A DNA stretch of 64,000 nt from Lingula anatina (GCA_051362555.1 CM120644.1:18250534-18314533); one strand, 5' to 3'. Counted from the stretch's first letter, positions 25,500 through 40,045 are shown. Program-made: numbers and translations. The notes: generated by a model not told the origin, from the sequence alone.

Positions 25500-27640
25500 A
25501 TATTGTAAAGAATGAATACTCACCACCACCCAGGTGCAGGGGGTTATTTCTATACTACCGAAAGGTGACAAACCAAGGGAATTTCTGACCAACTGGAGGC
25601 CGATCTCCCTGTTAAATAATTGTTATAAAATTCTTTCCTCGTGTATTGCTAATACTGTAATAGGTTAAAATCTGTTATTGAATTTTTAATTCACGAAAAT
25701 CAGAAGGTCTTTTTAAAGGGGAGGTACATAGGAGGTATATAGGAAAGAACATCAGAATCCTGTATGACGTTCTGCAATATACAAAAGTCAAAGAAATCCC
25801 AGGTATTATTTTACTTATTGATTTTCAAAAAGCTTTTGATAGCATATCCTGGTCTTTTATTTACATAACATTAGATTTTTTAAATTTTTGAAATGACCTT
25901 ATTAGGTGGATTAAAATCCTTCATAAAATGCTGAACTGTGTGTCATATAGAATGGAATTTTCTCTCGATTTTTTAAAATAGGCAGAGGGTGTCGACAGGG
26001 TTACCCTGCATCACCCTATATATTTAATTTATGCGCAGTAATAATAGGAATTCTTATAAGACAGGAAAAAAACATAAGAGGAATCGGTATAGCAAGAGAA
26101 GAGATAAAATTATTACAATATACCAATGATACAGTGGTATTTTTAGACGGCTCAGAGAAATCGCTAAAACGTGCATTAGACCTTTTGTTCCAGTTTTCCA
26201 AATATTCCGGTTTAAAACAAAATATCTCCAAAACAAAAGCAGTATGGATTGGCTCAAAAATCAATAGTAAGAAAATTCTGCGTAGAAACGAAAAAATAAA
26301 CTGGGCAAATGAATCTGTATCTGTTCTAGGTTTTACCTTTCCAGCTGAACTTGATTGTATAGAAGAACGCAATTATAATATAAAGTTGGCTGTCATCAAA
26401 AAAGAGATTAATAACTGGTCACCCTAGGAAAAATAACGGCGGTTAAATCACTACTGATACCAAAGTTTACTCATCTGTTCATGTCACTACCAGGTCCCAG
26501 TGCCCAATGGATAAAAGAGTTAAACTCAATTCTTTTCAAATTCATTTGGCATGGGAAAAATGATAGGGTATCGAGAAAGACAATTATTCAAGACTTCGAA
26601 AATGGGGGCTGTAGAATGGTGCATTTGGAATCATGTATTAAAGCTTTAGAACTAACTTGTATTCGCAGAATACTATCGAATACTAACCAATACGGAAGGA
26701 TTTTTACCGAAATTACAAGTTGTGACACGACGTCGCTCTGCCAGTTTGGGCCTGTATATGCGAAACAATGCGGGGAAACCACGACAAATTTATTTTGGAA
26801 AAAATTATTTTCATATTACTCACAGTACGCTAGCGTAATACAGGAAAATGACACACAAGATTTTCTGGAAGCTCCATTGTGGTATAATCCGAGTATTTTG
26901 ATCGAAAACAAGGCCGTTTTCTTAAAACCATTATTTGAGAAAGGTTTCCGGGTGGTGCTCGACTTGCTTGATCCAAACGGCATATAGAGAAATCACGTAT
27001 GCATACAAAATAGTCTCCCAATTACAAAATATTTTGGCCTAAGAAATGCTATCTATAATGCATTTCCCAATTTAAAAGAAATAACTGGTACACAGAAAAC
27101 TTATAACCTGAAAATACCCAAACCGCTTATGCTTATATATGGAAAAACAAAAAAGGTTGTAAAGCGATTTATGATAAGTTTATAAAAAACTCTACGAAAC
27201 CCCTAAAAATGAAATAAAATGGGAAAGGTTCCTTAATAAAGCAATAACATGGAATCTTAGCTACAATCGTCTCCTGACAGATATAAAAGAATCCAAACTC
27301 AGATGGTTTAACTTTAGATGTATTCATAGAAATCTAGGGACAAAATACTTACTGTTCAAATATAAAATAGTTGATAATCCTCATTGCAATTTATGTAGCA
27401 CAAGGATGGAAGCAATTGAACATCTATTCGTAGATTGTGATCTCGCAAAAAAAAAACTTGTGGATGCAAATCGAAAAGTGGTTAAGGGAAGAAAAGGGAG
27501 TCAATATTCATATTTTTGCATCGGATATTATTCTTGGAAACAATGACGATAATTGAATTTATTAATTTCCCAGGTAAAATATTACATTTACACTAAATAA
27601 AAAAATGGGGGACATCTGTCGGTTAGGGACATCGAATGCT
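25500..27640 (+). mobile_element. 5'-truncated, disrupted L1/Tx1-type non-LTR retrotransposon ORF2 (RT + C-terminal zinc finger)
   Basis: ILPKGDKPREFLTNWRPISLLN, LLIDFQKAFDSISW, GCRQGYPASP, LLQYTNDT (degenerate YADD), SGLKQNISKTK, CNLC...EAIEHLFVDC; multiple stops and frameshifts. Confidence 0.9.
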
Positions 27641-30600
27641 ATCTGTGTTAGAAAAAAAATGCTGTGCTTATCAAAATATCTTATTTATTAATGAAAATGA
27701 TGAGACATCAGTAGCAGTTATGTGTGTATGTATGTATGTATGTGTGTGAGAGAGCAGTAAGCGAGGGGTAACAAAGAAGTATTGTATACTGTAATTTACA
27801 TTTCTTAAGTTCAATAATAAAAAAAGAATGAATATTGAATGTGTGCAACATGGAGACGGAAAGACATATATTAAAATGAAAAATAAATTCAAATGGCTTT
27901 CTAGCCTTCCAGGGATAAAGGTCTTTCGTAGCATATGATACCTAAAAAATAATATGTGTAAGCTTGAATGTGGGTGCCATATGCAATGAATCTATTAATA
28001 ATTTAAATATGCTTTAATTATTAACAGATTTCAGTGCAGTATCTCTGTTTAAGGTTATATAGATGCACAAGGACTAACTGTCATAGCCGCGTACTATATG
28101 AAGGTATTGTTGAAACTCTCCCACACCTGTTGACTTGTGTTTTACTCAAATGTTGAATTATACTCCTTTGTCACCAGGGGTATGTGTATATGTGGAAAGA
28201 CCACAGTTTTGTACCAGCTAGCAACGTGTAAGACGTGGTCGCGTAGTGTACCAGTACACATGGGAACTTAATAATGTCGCACATATTATTTTTCCTAAGA
28301 ATATGGAAATCGGGCTAATTTGATTTTGGCGTTTTTGAAGGAAGTGGCTTGATGCAGGACAGTACTCACTTGTACTCTCCTAGCTTTCCAGTGGAAGTAA
28401 CGGTCAAGTTTACAAGAGATTAAGCGTTAATTTGACAGCACATGTTGGCTATCCAACACACCACATTGATAAGAAAGGAAGTTCCAATCTAAATCTTCAA
28501 ACCATGACATAATTTTCATTGAATATTAAGTTATTGAACCCAAAAATAGTTACTATGGGACATTATGCATTTATTACACTCAAAATATTAAAGGAAAAGC
28601 ATGTTCATTTCTAAGAGCATTTTCCAATCAGACCTTACGAACTATACTTACTGATTAATATTGCAGCGTGACGTAAATGTGGCCAAGTGCCTTATATTAA
28701 AGTACTTTATTTCTCGATTGACTAAAGATGAATGCACTCACTATGTAGCTTTCTTGCTAAAGTCAGCATAGAAAAGAACGATTTATTTCAAGCAGTGCTT
28801 TTATAGTCATGTCAACCCATATATACATATCCACCAATAAGAATAAGTTATACAGTGAACATCTTTACCTTTAAGTTACCAATCAAAATAGATCATGCAA
28901 CGTTGCAGACTGTACTTAAATCACAGAGACATCTACCGGTTGCATTACAAACAAATATCAGCCTATGTCCCTATTCTACCCTCACTAGGAATTTCAAAAT
29001 CCGCCAAGGATTAATAATTTTAGGGTTCTTAGTTCAATCGTGATTAATTGTTTTTAGTTCTTAACTGATTCTCATTTAATCTCAGTAAATTATTACTGTT
29101 CGTAAGAGATCAAGTAATCAGGGGAAAAGTTTTGAGCTGCTAAATATTTTGGCCCCGAATTCCCGAATGCAAAAACAATTGTGTCACTCTCTTAAATCCC
29201 TCTCTTACATTTTTAATTTATTTGTTATTATTTATTTTTTTGGGGGGTGTATACTTTCCCATTTACATATCATATAGTTTGCCTTTGACAACTTACCTGG
29301 AAATTTTCAGCAATGGAATAATTGTAACCCCCCTGTGGCCATTACCATATACATTTTTTTATGTTTATTTAATTCCACGTTCGTTTAAAAATTCTATCTA
29401 AGGTCATTCACCCACCATTTCCTTCGTTGTAAAACAGAACCATGTCTTTACCTTAAATCGCTCTCATATAAAACCTGTAGCAAAACACCTTTACTTGCAT
29501 AAAAAAATGTATCAGCGTGTCATTCAAATAGTCAATTTGCTTTCAATCATGATCGCTTTGCTGAAAATCACGCTTCTTACCTTGTTGATCCTATGTTTAG
29601 AGATGCCCAGAACACGTCTGATGGATTCGGATATTTGAGGCCCCTCATTTATTTATTGGCTGTACAGTTTTAACAGTACTATACCGTATCTCGAACGATA
29701 TACTGTCTCCCCCCCCCCCCCCTTCCTACTCTATACATTTCCAGTAGCAGTATCGTATGCGGGTTGAAAAAAGATCATCATAAATATGTAATTACAATGC
29801 TACGGTAGTATATGACACAAGTCAATTCACTACATATTAAAGGGAAAAATGAGCTGAAAATATGTAGTGCAAGTCATATCGATATATTGCCTTGAAACTT
29901 GTAAGTCGGGGCAGGTAACGAAGCTCAATCTGACTCCTTGGGCAAGGTCACCGATTGAAAGGCTGCATATGGCGTTGATTGTTCCTCTGAAAACTTGTAT
30001 ACGTTTTAGCAATTTGTCCGGGGATGTTTCCTTTTGACGATACTCCCAGAGTATACGATGCTCCCAGGCTGAAGTTACAGAGTCGACAAAAATGGTTAAT
30101 AGTTGGTTGGGTATGTTGCTCTCTTCGATGGCACTATGTGATCTTACAGGCAGTTCCTCGAGTGATTCCGGCATGGACAGCAATATTCTTTTGTTTATGT
30201 CACCTCCATCCCAGTGTACCACAAACTTTCATAGTTCCATTCATAACAAGAAAGAAGGCACCAAAGGATATCGATTGTTTGCGGTCATATGTTTCACAAA
30301 CTTTCTTACTCAGGCTATACGACGAGGCATGTCATTTTTCAGATATGCTGTAAAGATATAACTTGCAACACCAAAAGCCTGACAGCGACTGGGCTATAAG
30401 TTCGTGTTTTTTTTTTAGGATATATAGTTACCAGTTATTTTCCATTGTTCATGGAATCCTACTCTCTTTTATAATGTGAATATTGTTTATTGGTCACTGA
30501 AATATATGATAATCTCTGTATTACCAAAATATACCATCATTTTAAAAGACGACCTCAGTGAAAACAGAAGTACCTTACAAATCCTTGGCAAAATAATAAC

Positions 30601-30872
30601 ATTTCCCAGACCGTTGTGAAATTAAATTTAAGTAGGAGATCATAAAAAATTGACAAAAGTAGCAGCATTGAAATTTTTGAACTTGGCAGTCCGTATGAAT
30701 CATAGATTTGCACTGAAGGAAATGAAAATAAGACCTTGAAAACGCGCCAGTCGATGACGAGTGGATTAAAATACACAGGGATTATCATACATTTCAGTAA
30801 TGCCCTGAATTTTGTTTCTGCAGACCAAGCTCAAGGTACTTTACAGTGAAATTACCTGTTCCACGGTTTTCG

Positions 30873-30874
<2 letters not shown>

Positions 30875-30944
<70 letters not shown>

Positions 30945-30966
30945 TTGTTGAGTAAAAGATATACAG

Positions 30967-31054
<88 letters not shown>

Positions 31055-31078
31055 CTGTATATCTTTTACTCAACAAGT
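30875..31078. repeat. Two (TA)n runs with an inverted ~28-bp duplication forming a perfect hairpin
   Basis: ACTTGTTGAGTAAAAGATATACAGCTTT-(TA)n-AAAGCTGTATATCTTTTACTCAACAAGT. Confidence 0.9.
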
Positions 31079-32339
31079 GTACTAGCTGACTGACTTATAG
31101 TAGCCTCATTCATCACTGAAAATGCCAGTTATGATATTATTTTTGTGTGCAATAAAACTGTTCACGGCCTTACATACTTTACATGAGACAGATAATTGAA
31201 AATTAAAGCTTAATTGATTGCGATTAGAATTAAGGACCAACATACAAAACATTTGTTATCCAGTTTTGATATGAATCCAATCCAAACTCGTAAAGCACCA
31301 TGTGGAGCTAGATGATCCATTGCAGTTGTTTTAGTGCTGTTTCTCACCCACGAGAGATCACATAGTACTGCGTTGTTTGAATGTTTTAGGTGCGACACAG
31401 GAATTACTCTGTTTATGTTATATTATTTCGGTAGAATACAGACTCAAAGGCAGAGACTGGCGGCATTTGGGATTTTATTACATAATTATACCATATGAGC
31501 TGAAAGCAAAGGGAAGAAATACAAAAAGGAAGAGAGGAACATTAAATATCTTCGCTTTTTTTTTTATCCGTCTTTACCTACATATGTAGACACTCATTTC
31601 GTATTCACAATTTTATCCAATAAAATTATTGGGAAAATGGGCATGCGCAATAACGGAAAGTATGAAGAAATACTCTGCGTCACTCGAGATGAAAATAAAG
31701 TATCGCTCTGCAAAGGACAATAAAGGTTTTTATCAGAAACCACCCGGCGCGTTCGGAGCATAAGCTTTACAGGTAAAGGATCAGCATATATTTGTACGAA
31801 ACATGATTTTCAGAAAAAAAGTACTAATACTGCATGTATTGCTACTTTGAGTTGAAACTATGGGTTGGTACAGTTTAGTGGTAGACGGAGCAGTTTGATG
31901 GCCTCTATGTACTTTATTCGGATAATTTTGAAGAGAATTAAGTCTATGTCCAAATGAAGAAAACGATGGGTAGTTGACCTTGAATTGCATATTTATATGA
32001 AATTGTATGGTATCAGCATATGGCACGAAACACGATTTTCAGAAAACGTACTATTACTGCAAGTCTGTGTCCAAATGAAGAAGTGATGGGTAGTTGAAGT
32101 CAGACTGCATATTTATATAACATTTTATCACGGATTGTTAAATTTTATAGGAGTGGCCATAAATGTGAATATTACCATGTTTTTATTGCTGCACATTTCT
32201 AGCGGTAATATAATAATAATAATAATAATAATAATAAAATAAATACTATGAAACAAACATTGCCTATTGTTCATCCTAACTTTAATTTTTTGTTTTTATA
32301 GAAGCACCTTATCAGTTTAATCCAAACCCCAATGACCAA

Positions 32340-32555
32340 GGCTGTATTCCCAGAGCTTTTAGATCGATCTATCCCCGCGGGGAGTCTCACTAGATTACTG
32401 TCAGATATTCCGGCTTAAATGTCCGTCCCGCCTACTACAAGCTGTAAAGGTGTAATTAACGTTTGTGTCCGCCCGGCTGACAGCTATTTAGCGTGAACCC
32501 CCAGGGAGTTAGGTCGATCTAAAGTAGATCGATGTAATCTCTGGAAATGGGGTCC
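32340..32555. mobile_element. Short MITE
   Basis: Imperfect TIRs (TTCCCAGAGCTTTTAGATCGATCTA / TAGATCGATGTAATCTCTGGAAA). It interrupts AATGACCAAG|TGA, which is contiguous in the gene A intron. Confidence 0.55.
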
Positions 32556-32844
32556 AAGTGACTAGCGTGGTTTCTTGCAGTATACCTTTTTAAATGATGC
32601 TTTAAATCCTGTGCTCATATCCTGTTATAAAATTGGTTCTATTTACAGTAGTACAGGTACACTGAACTACATGCATCCTTTATAATCTTTTATGCGTTAC
32701 AAAATGTGCTCTGTGTTTCTTATAACTTTGTTGTCCCTTCACTGTTTACAGTAGCAGTTTATGATTCTTGTAGACACCCGATTTAAAGTAGTCTAGCTTC
32801 TTTAAAGATTCAAAGGACAATAACAAATTCGTGTCTGGACCTAC

Positions 32845-32919
32845 CTTTACCATCTTCGAAGAGCAGTTATTCTGAACAACCATAAGAAGGAGAAGAACTT
32901 TCAGATTAATTGAGGACAT
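32845..32919 (-). pseudogene. Orphan A-type signal exon (MSSINLKVLLLLMVVQNNCSSKMVK); EF-hand exon deleted
   Basis: 75-nt exon with an intact donor. Downstream intron homology continues to ~32245 and stops just before the expected acceptor. Confidence 0.7.
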
Positions 32920-34964
32920 TCTTATATGGATTCTGTATTGTTCAGGTTTCTAAAACAAAAGTAACAAACAACTTAAACTAAACTGTACAACGTTCATCGA
33001 GTGTGAAATACAAATTTATACAACACCCTTCATATAAGAAAATACTATTGCTTGGCTTTGCATACATAGGTACTTAAATATGTAATCTGGAATCAACAAA
33101 AAACAGTGCCTGTATTTTGGTAGGTCTACATGTGGCAACCTTTACAGCACACAGACAGTGCAATATCATAAGGTTTGTACCATAAACGCTTCAGAGTTCG
33201 GTCGATCAACTGAAATTCCAATGTTCGTGAACATTGGATCTTAAAGTGGTTGAAATGACTGAAGTTGTTGACACATTCAATACAGACTATATCCATCAAT
33301 ATATAATTCTATTTACCTTAACTTACCAGAGGTTTGTTGCTTCTCTTACAGAACCCAGTATTATCTACTATTTGTTTCAATGAAAGTGGTGTATTAAAAT
33401 AACGATTGTCGGGATGAACATTATTAGTCACGCCTGTCCCTTATCCGACATGTTACCAATCATCTTACACTTCCATTTTCAAAAACATACATTTGTATCA
33501 CTGGATGTAAACATCAAACTACATTTAATGCGGGCTATAAGACAAAATAGGACATCCTGTTGACAAACATTTGAAAATCGTTCAAACAGATTGTCTCTTT
33601 TGTGATAGATAGATGGATAGATAAATAGATGGATGGATGGACAGACAAATAGACAGACAGACACCAGTAGATAACAAACTTAATGATCTGCCTAAGCTGT
33701 TTTGATAACCACGCTTGATTGTTAATATCACTGGGAAACACTAATTTTCTGAGTGATTTATGTGATTTCTTATCGCTATCAGAGTCTTAGTAAAGCAAAT
33801 CCGTCATATTGGACTTCCTCGGGGCTTAATATAAGAAGTTTATTTATACACAGTAACGAAAGGTTGAAGGTGTTCATGACCTTGAGAAGAATACATATCA
33901 CCATCTAAAATATTTACGTAAAATGAAGGGTATACAAAAGAGCAAAATAAGTTCTAAAATAAATAAAGCACACAACTCTAAAGTTTGATGCAATGGAGAT
34001 ATGATAAATGATATGCAATGAGGACCAAGATAAGTTCTAGAATGAAACACCGATCCCTAAATTTTGAAAGGAAAACGGAATGAAGCTATTTTTAAAACGT
34101 TCCGTTCTAAATTTTGGTACACTAAATTATCACTGGTTATGCCTTTTTCTGTCTGGTTTGCAAGTAAATTGGTAATTCAGCTTGGCTCTGTCGTTTTCCT
34201 TTTTTTATTTTCGCAAAGAATGATGCACAGAGCTCTGCCATCCATCATCGTAAATGTAAACATCGAACTTTATTTTATATAGGATATGCTACCATGTGAC
34301 AAAAGAAGCTCATTATGCTGCCAGGCTTGTGAAATACATCGACAGCAGAATTGAAAAAAAATATCTTACGCTAGAAGCTTGCGAACATTAAAATGTCCAT
34401 GTCTTCCCTATCATGACTTTTTTTACTTATATACAGGACAGTTACACGCAAAACAAATTTCTTCGAAAACATTCATGGATATTTTGAAAGATCAGAAGAG
34501 AACACCTGAAGTACCTGTAGATGGATTAACAATAAAAGACCTATTAGTAACACGAGTAATATATATACATATACTAGTGTAGACACTATAATCAGCGGAA
34601 ATACTCGACCAGCTTACATTTACACTCTTTATTTGATCCAGCAGTTTGGGAATTTGCTGACATATATTTAAAGAAAATGACATGCATTTATAATAAACGC
34701 GATTCGTGAGAAAATAAGCAACTTTACGTCATGTTTATTAATTTAAAGCTTTTAGTGTTATCAAGAGAGGCGATCGCAATGTGAAAAACACAACTATAAA
34801 AATGTTTGGATGTTAAAATTTAGGATACATGTTTCCTTGTTTGCTCTCTCATATAAAATATTTCTGAATGAAAATAGATAGTTCAAAGATAAAAGAATGG
34901 AATCCATTTATTCAAATACCCAGTACACTAAATATGAGTCAAAGCAATTTGAATGCTTGAAGCA

Positions 34965-35065
34965 CAGGCCTACCCAACTACCAGACTTGAAAACGAATAT
35001 TGTGGTCCGATCTACCGGTGAATTCAGGATCATTTAGTGCCGAGACTGGTAGTTGCGTAGGCCTG
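34965..35065. mobile_element. 101-bp internally deleted copy of the CAGGCCTACCCAACT MITE
   Basis: Same termini as 19561-20111, AAGCA on both sides; empty site in the paralog at ~61703. Confidence 0.8.
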
Positions 35066-35237
35066 AAGCATTTACTTGAAAAATTCAAATTGAATGAAAA
35101 ATGATACATTTCAAAAGCGGATACGTTTTTAAATAAATATTGCGACAGGCAAGAATACACTGTGAAATATCAGAAAAGTCATCCCTCAACCAAAATTAAA
35201 TGGAAATCCATTGACTTGCTTTTTACCCAAATCGATT

Positions 35238-36097
35238 TCAATCTCGTGAGCCAAAAATATAAGCAGCGGAGTTGGCAGCTTGGTCGAAGGAAAAATGATA
35301 TACCCCATACGTGAACTCCTTAGCATCAATGACGTTATCACCATCCCTGTCAATGACATGGAAAACGGCCCTTTTATTCGCCGTGCTGCGATATATATCA
35401 AGGAATTTAGAGTACTCACTAAGCGTTAAGTCCTCGCTGCAGTCGAGGTCAACAATATGGAAAAAATCCATAGCCCATTCGAAGACTGCATGTATATCAC
35501 TGGTAGAGCCGGAAACCTTTTCAATAGACTGAACCCAATCCTCAAATGCAATAGACGTCTTAAAGTCGGTGTATTCATTCGACCACCAGGTCTTATAGGC
35601 CATGGTCATTAAACCATAGACTGCCTTAACTCTCCAGGATGGCAGTGCAGCTCGCTCTGTCGACAAATCAATGTACTCCTCCTTTGTTACATTGCCGTCT
35701 TTATTGACGTCACAGATGTCAAATAATTTTTTTAATTTCTTGAACCTATACGGAGTAAAATCTTTGTTATCCTCTTCAACCTGGATAAAAAAATTACATT
35801 TTAAATTGAAGAGATCACTAAAATTCCTGCTACTAAAAGGCTACAATAAAGCTTTTATTAAATTGATTAGAATGACAAAATATTTGTCATATAATTTTGA
35901 TTGCAACATCATGATACATTGTAGCCTCTCTGTGTACTGAACTACACGATAACCTCAACCGTCATAAATTTCCAGCACATCATTTAAGTCGGTTAAGAAA
36001 GAAAATTATAAGACTAAAGAATTACCTTCCCTCCATATGACGAATCAAAGGTTAGAACAAATGAAAGCAGCAACAGTCCAAATTTGATGGAAAACAT
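35238..36097 (-). CDS. Secreted SCP-like EF-hand protein, subtype C1; coding exons 36097-36026 + 35780-35238
   Basis: Exon MFSIKFGLLLLSFVLTFDSSYGGK ends AAG|GTAATT. Acceptor ATCCAG|GTT is in frame: VEEDNKDFTPYRFKKLKKLFDICDVNKDGNVTKEEYIDLSTERA... EF loops DVNKDGNVTKEE, DLDCSEDLTLSE, DRDGDNVIDAKE. Confidence 0.88.
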
Positions 36098-36351
36098 TTT
36101 TATTGAATCTGGGTCAGACGATAACCTGTAATTAAAAAAAAATAAAATGAATAACACACCTTTTGGTTTATTCAAATAAAATACAATATATTCAAATTAT
36201 ATAAATATACACACATTATTTTTCCAAATACCCATTTATCCATTTCTAGAAGCTTTGAATTTGTAAAATTAACCTCTGCTATGAATTGTCTCTAAGGAAA
36301 TCAATGCTCCTTCAGACAGATTACTTGCAGAAAAATTGAGCAGCTAGCTAC

Positions 36352-36430
36352 CTTTGCTTCTAACAGGGACCCAAGATCTCCTGGTGTGAACCCTATTTAA
36401 ACAGAGGGCATAAATCACTCTCTGATTTAA
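36352..36430 (-). promoter_or_regulatory. Putative core promoter and short non-coding first exon of C-type genes
   Basis: Minus strand AGAGTGATTTA...TTTAAATAG (TATA-like), then ~40 nt, then CAAAG|GTAGCT donor. Conserved at ~56985-57060 and ~62993-63070. Confidence 0.4.
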
Positions 36431-38232
36431 CAGTCCCCTCATAAAACTGACAAATCAGAACCGACAAAGACTAGGAGTAAGACCGACTAAGAAAAAACCT
36501 GTCAGAATAATGGTATTGTCTCTTGAAGAGCGTAACTGCAGCAAGGGGAGTCGTTTCTCTTACTAAGCAGTTACTAATCAATCTTTACACTATGAGGTTA
36601 ATTTGGGAAATAAAGATACCCAAAACACGTATGCAATGGTTATTTTATCTGATAATTCAAGTAAGTAGCAAGAAACATATTTTTGAAAACAGGTCCATAT
36701 TAAAGGACAATTCTGTTGATTATGTTTTTAGTGTAAGTGTACCAAAAGCATCCACAATAATTCAAACAACCTTGGTTGTGTCAGAGCTTCAAGCCGTCTA
36801 AAATTCCGTGCAACATGTTTCTACCGCTAGAAATGTGCAGCAATAAAGACATGGTAATATTTGTGGCCATTCCTATATAAATTAACAACTCGTGATGCAA
36901 TTGCACATAAATATACAATCTAACTTCAACTACCCATCACCTCTTCATTTGGACACAGACTTTCAGTAATAGTACGTTTTCTGAAAATAGTGTTTCGTGC
37001 CATATGCTGATACAATACAATTTCACATAAATATGCAATCCAAGGTCAACTACCCATCGTTTTCCTTATTTAGACACAGACATAATTTTCTTCAAAATTA
37101 GCCGAATAAAGCACATAAAAGCCATCATTCTGTTTTGTCTACCACTAAACTGTACCAATGAATTGTTTCAACTCAAAGTAGAAATATATGCAGTATTAGT
37201 ACTTTTTCTGAAAATCATGTTTCGTACCATATGCTGATCCTTTACCTGTAAAGCTTATGCTCCGAACACGCCGTTGGTTTTTGATAAAATCCTTTATTGT
37301 CCTTTGCAGAGCGATGTTTTAATCTCATCACGAGTGACGCAGAGTATTTCTTCATTCTTTCCGTTATTGCGCATGCCCATTTTCCCAATAATTTTATTGG
37401 ATAAAATTATGACTACGAAATGAGTGTCTGCATATGTTGGTAAAGACAGATAAAATGAATATATATTGTTCCTCTAGCTCTTATATTTCTTGTATTGCTT
37501 ACCGTTGTTTTTAGCGCATTTGGTTTAACTCCGGTGAACTGCTATACATATTTATATATGTACACTATGCATTTCTTCTGATTCAATCTTCATAAAATTA
37601 CGATTATATAAAGTGTAATCTACCCCACTGCGACTTTAATTCATAACATTAATTCTGGGACTTTTTTATGTATGTTAACATTAACGTAGTAGATACATGT
37701 ATGTTTGTTATGCAGGCTTTCAACGTTATGTTTTTCTTCATTTATTTTATACGCCATAATTCTCATCTGTTTGTAATGGAAACAAAGGCAAAGCTTTGTA
37801 AGGCTAGGAAATATTTTTTTAGCCGGTATGCTAAAGATGAGTTTGGCTACATGACTTCCATTTCGTTGGCTCGACACATTTCTTTTAATGTGATAGATGC
37901 TTTATAGTTGGCGTATTCATTTGACCACTACAGTTTGAAAACAGCGGACAATACATATAATCATACGTATAGTGTATAATTAGGTACTAAAACCCCAAAT
38001 GCTGCCAGTCGCTGCCTTTGAGTCTGTATTCTACAGCCATAATATAACATAAACAGAGCAATTTCTGTGTCGCACCTAAAACATTCAAGCAACGCAGCAC
38101 TGTGATCTCTCGTGGGTGAGAAAAGAACTCTGAAAGCAACTGCAATAGATTATCTAACTTTACATTGTGCTTTACGAATCTGGTTTGGATTCATATTAAA
38201 ACTGGATAACAAATGTTTTGTATGTACCTCTT

Positions 38233-38428
38233 TATGTCCGACAGGCCATATATGTCCTACGACCAGAGAAGGCCAGATATGTCCGACAAAAAAGAGCCAG
38301 ATGTGTCCGACAGGCCAGATATGTACAACACAACCGGTTCTTTTTTGTCGGACATATCTGGCCTGTCGGACACATCTGGCTCTTTTTTTCGGACATATCT
38401 GGCCTGTCGGACATATCGGGTTGTCACA
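38233..38428. repeat. Foldback array of TGTCCGACAGGCCAGATA units (MITE end)
   Basis: Units in direct orientation 38235-38320 and inverted 38345-38415; source of several spurious overlapping ORFs. Confidence 0.8.
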
Positions 38429-39987
38429 TTCAGAAGATTTGAAATAGTAACCAATTTGCCCACAATATGACTAAGTGCACGTAGTATGTAGACTCCATAA
38501 CATCAATGACGTCGTTATTTACCACCAAGGTCAATAACACTGAAAGTGACTCAAACGTCGGCATATATCGAGGCAATTGAAATATTCATTTAGTGTTAAC
38601 ATTTCACTGCACCCATTCTCAACAACATGGAAAAGTTGCTTGCGTCACACCATGATATGAATCCAGTCTTCTTATACATCACAAATGTAAGGATACGGCC
38701 TAGGTTTAAAGCAGTGTTTTTTAGAGAAAAAGTATAGTCATCTGTAGACTGTTTCAGTGTCACTTGCTGAGTAAAAGACATTTTATAAGGTTTTTATAAA
38801 TACAGTATGTGCTGCATATTACGAAAACCGTGGCACACTGTACAGGTAGTTTCACTGTAAAGCACCTTGAGATTGGTGTTACATGTGGAATTACTTGATC
38901 TGCAGCAACAAAATTCAACGCATTACTGAAATGTATGATAATTCCTGTGTATTGTAATCCACTCATCATCGACTGTCACGTTTTCAAGATCTTATTTTCA
39001 TTTCCCTCAATGTAAAACTATATGATTCATACAGACTGCCACGTTAAAAAAGTATTTATACAGGCTGCCAAGTTAAAAAGAAAGCTCAAGGCTGCTACCA
39101 TTAAAATTCAATTAAAATGCTGGTGCTTTTTTAATTAATATGTAATTATTATGTGGTTCCTATCACTTAAACGACAAGGCAATGTATCGATATAATATGC
39201 ACTACATTTTTTCAGCTCATTGTTCCTTCTTATATATAGTGAATTAACTATGTCATATACTACAACAGCATCTTAATTGCATATTTACGCCAATCTATTC
39301 TCACCCCGCATACGCTGCTGGAAATATATAGAGCAGGAAGGAGGGGAGCAGTATATTGTTCGTGATATGGTACTGTTATCACTGCACAGGCAATAAACGA
39401 GAGGCCCCAAACATCCGAATTCATCGGAGTACCTCTGAACACAGGATCAACAAGGTATGAAGCGTGATTTTCAGCAAAAAGAACATGATTGAAAGGAATT
39501 GACTCTGCATTTGAATGACAAGCTGATACTTTTTTACTGCGAGCCATGGTGTTTTGCTACAGGTTTTATATGAAAGCGATTTTTGATAAAGTTTAGTTTA
39601 GTTTATTTCACCGTAACATTTGCATCCACTTGTGTGGATGAAAATGACAATATGAATACAATTTTTGTGAATATGTTATTAAACAATCACAATGAGAAAG
39701 AATATTTACTTATTTACTAAAAAAGTTTCTATTACTACTATTACTACGATTACTCAATTGCCGATGAGTGCAGCACTGTCTTGTAGATCCCTCCTAGCAA
39801 AAGCGGAGGAGAGAAACTGAGCTAGTAAAGACACTGTTCTGTTTTACAACGAAGAAAATGGTGGATGTGCTGTGAGTTTCATTGCAGTGTTTCCCTCCCA
39901 TTTCGAAGATGTCTTTTTTTTACATGGAATCTTGAGGAAAATTTGTACTCAACCCTGTGGGTTCAGACATTCCCACATTCAAAGGTT

Positions 39988-40045
39988 TATATTATATTAT
40001 ATTATATTATATTATATTATATTATATTATATTATATTATATATT
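39988..40045. repeat. (TATTA)n microsatellite
   Basis: Direct reading. Confidence 0.95.

Larger units (their letters stand above)
11183..32200. repeat. Left arm of a large imperfect inverted duplication (partner ~36810-58445)
   Basis: Reverse-complement matches in colinear order, e.g. gene A vs A', B vs B', STL vs STL', 29410-29860 vs 39200-39870, 31500-32200 vs 36810-37500. Confidence 0.85.
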
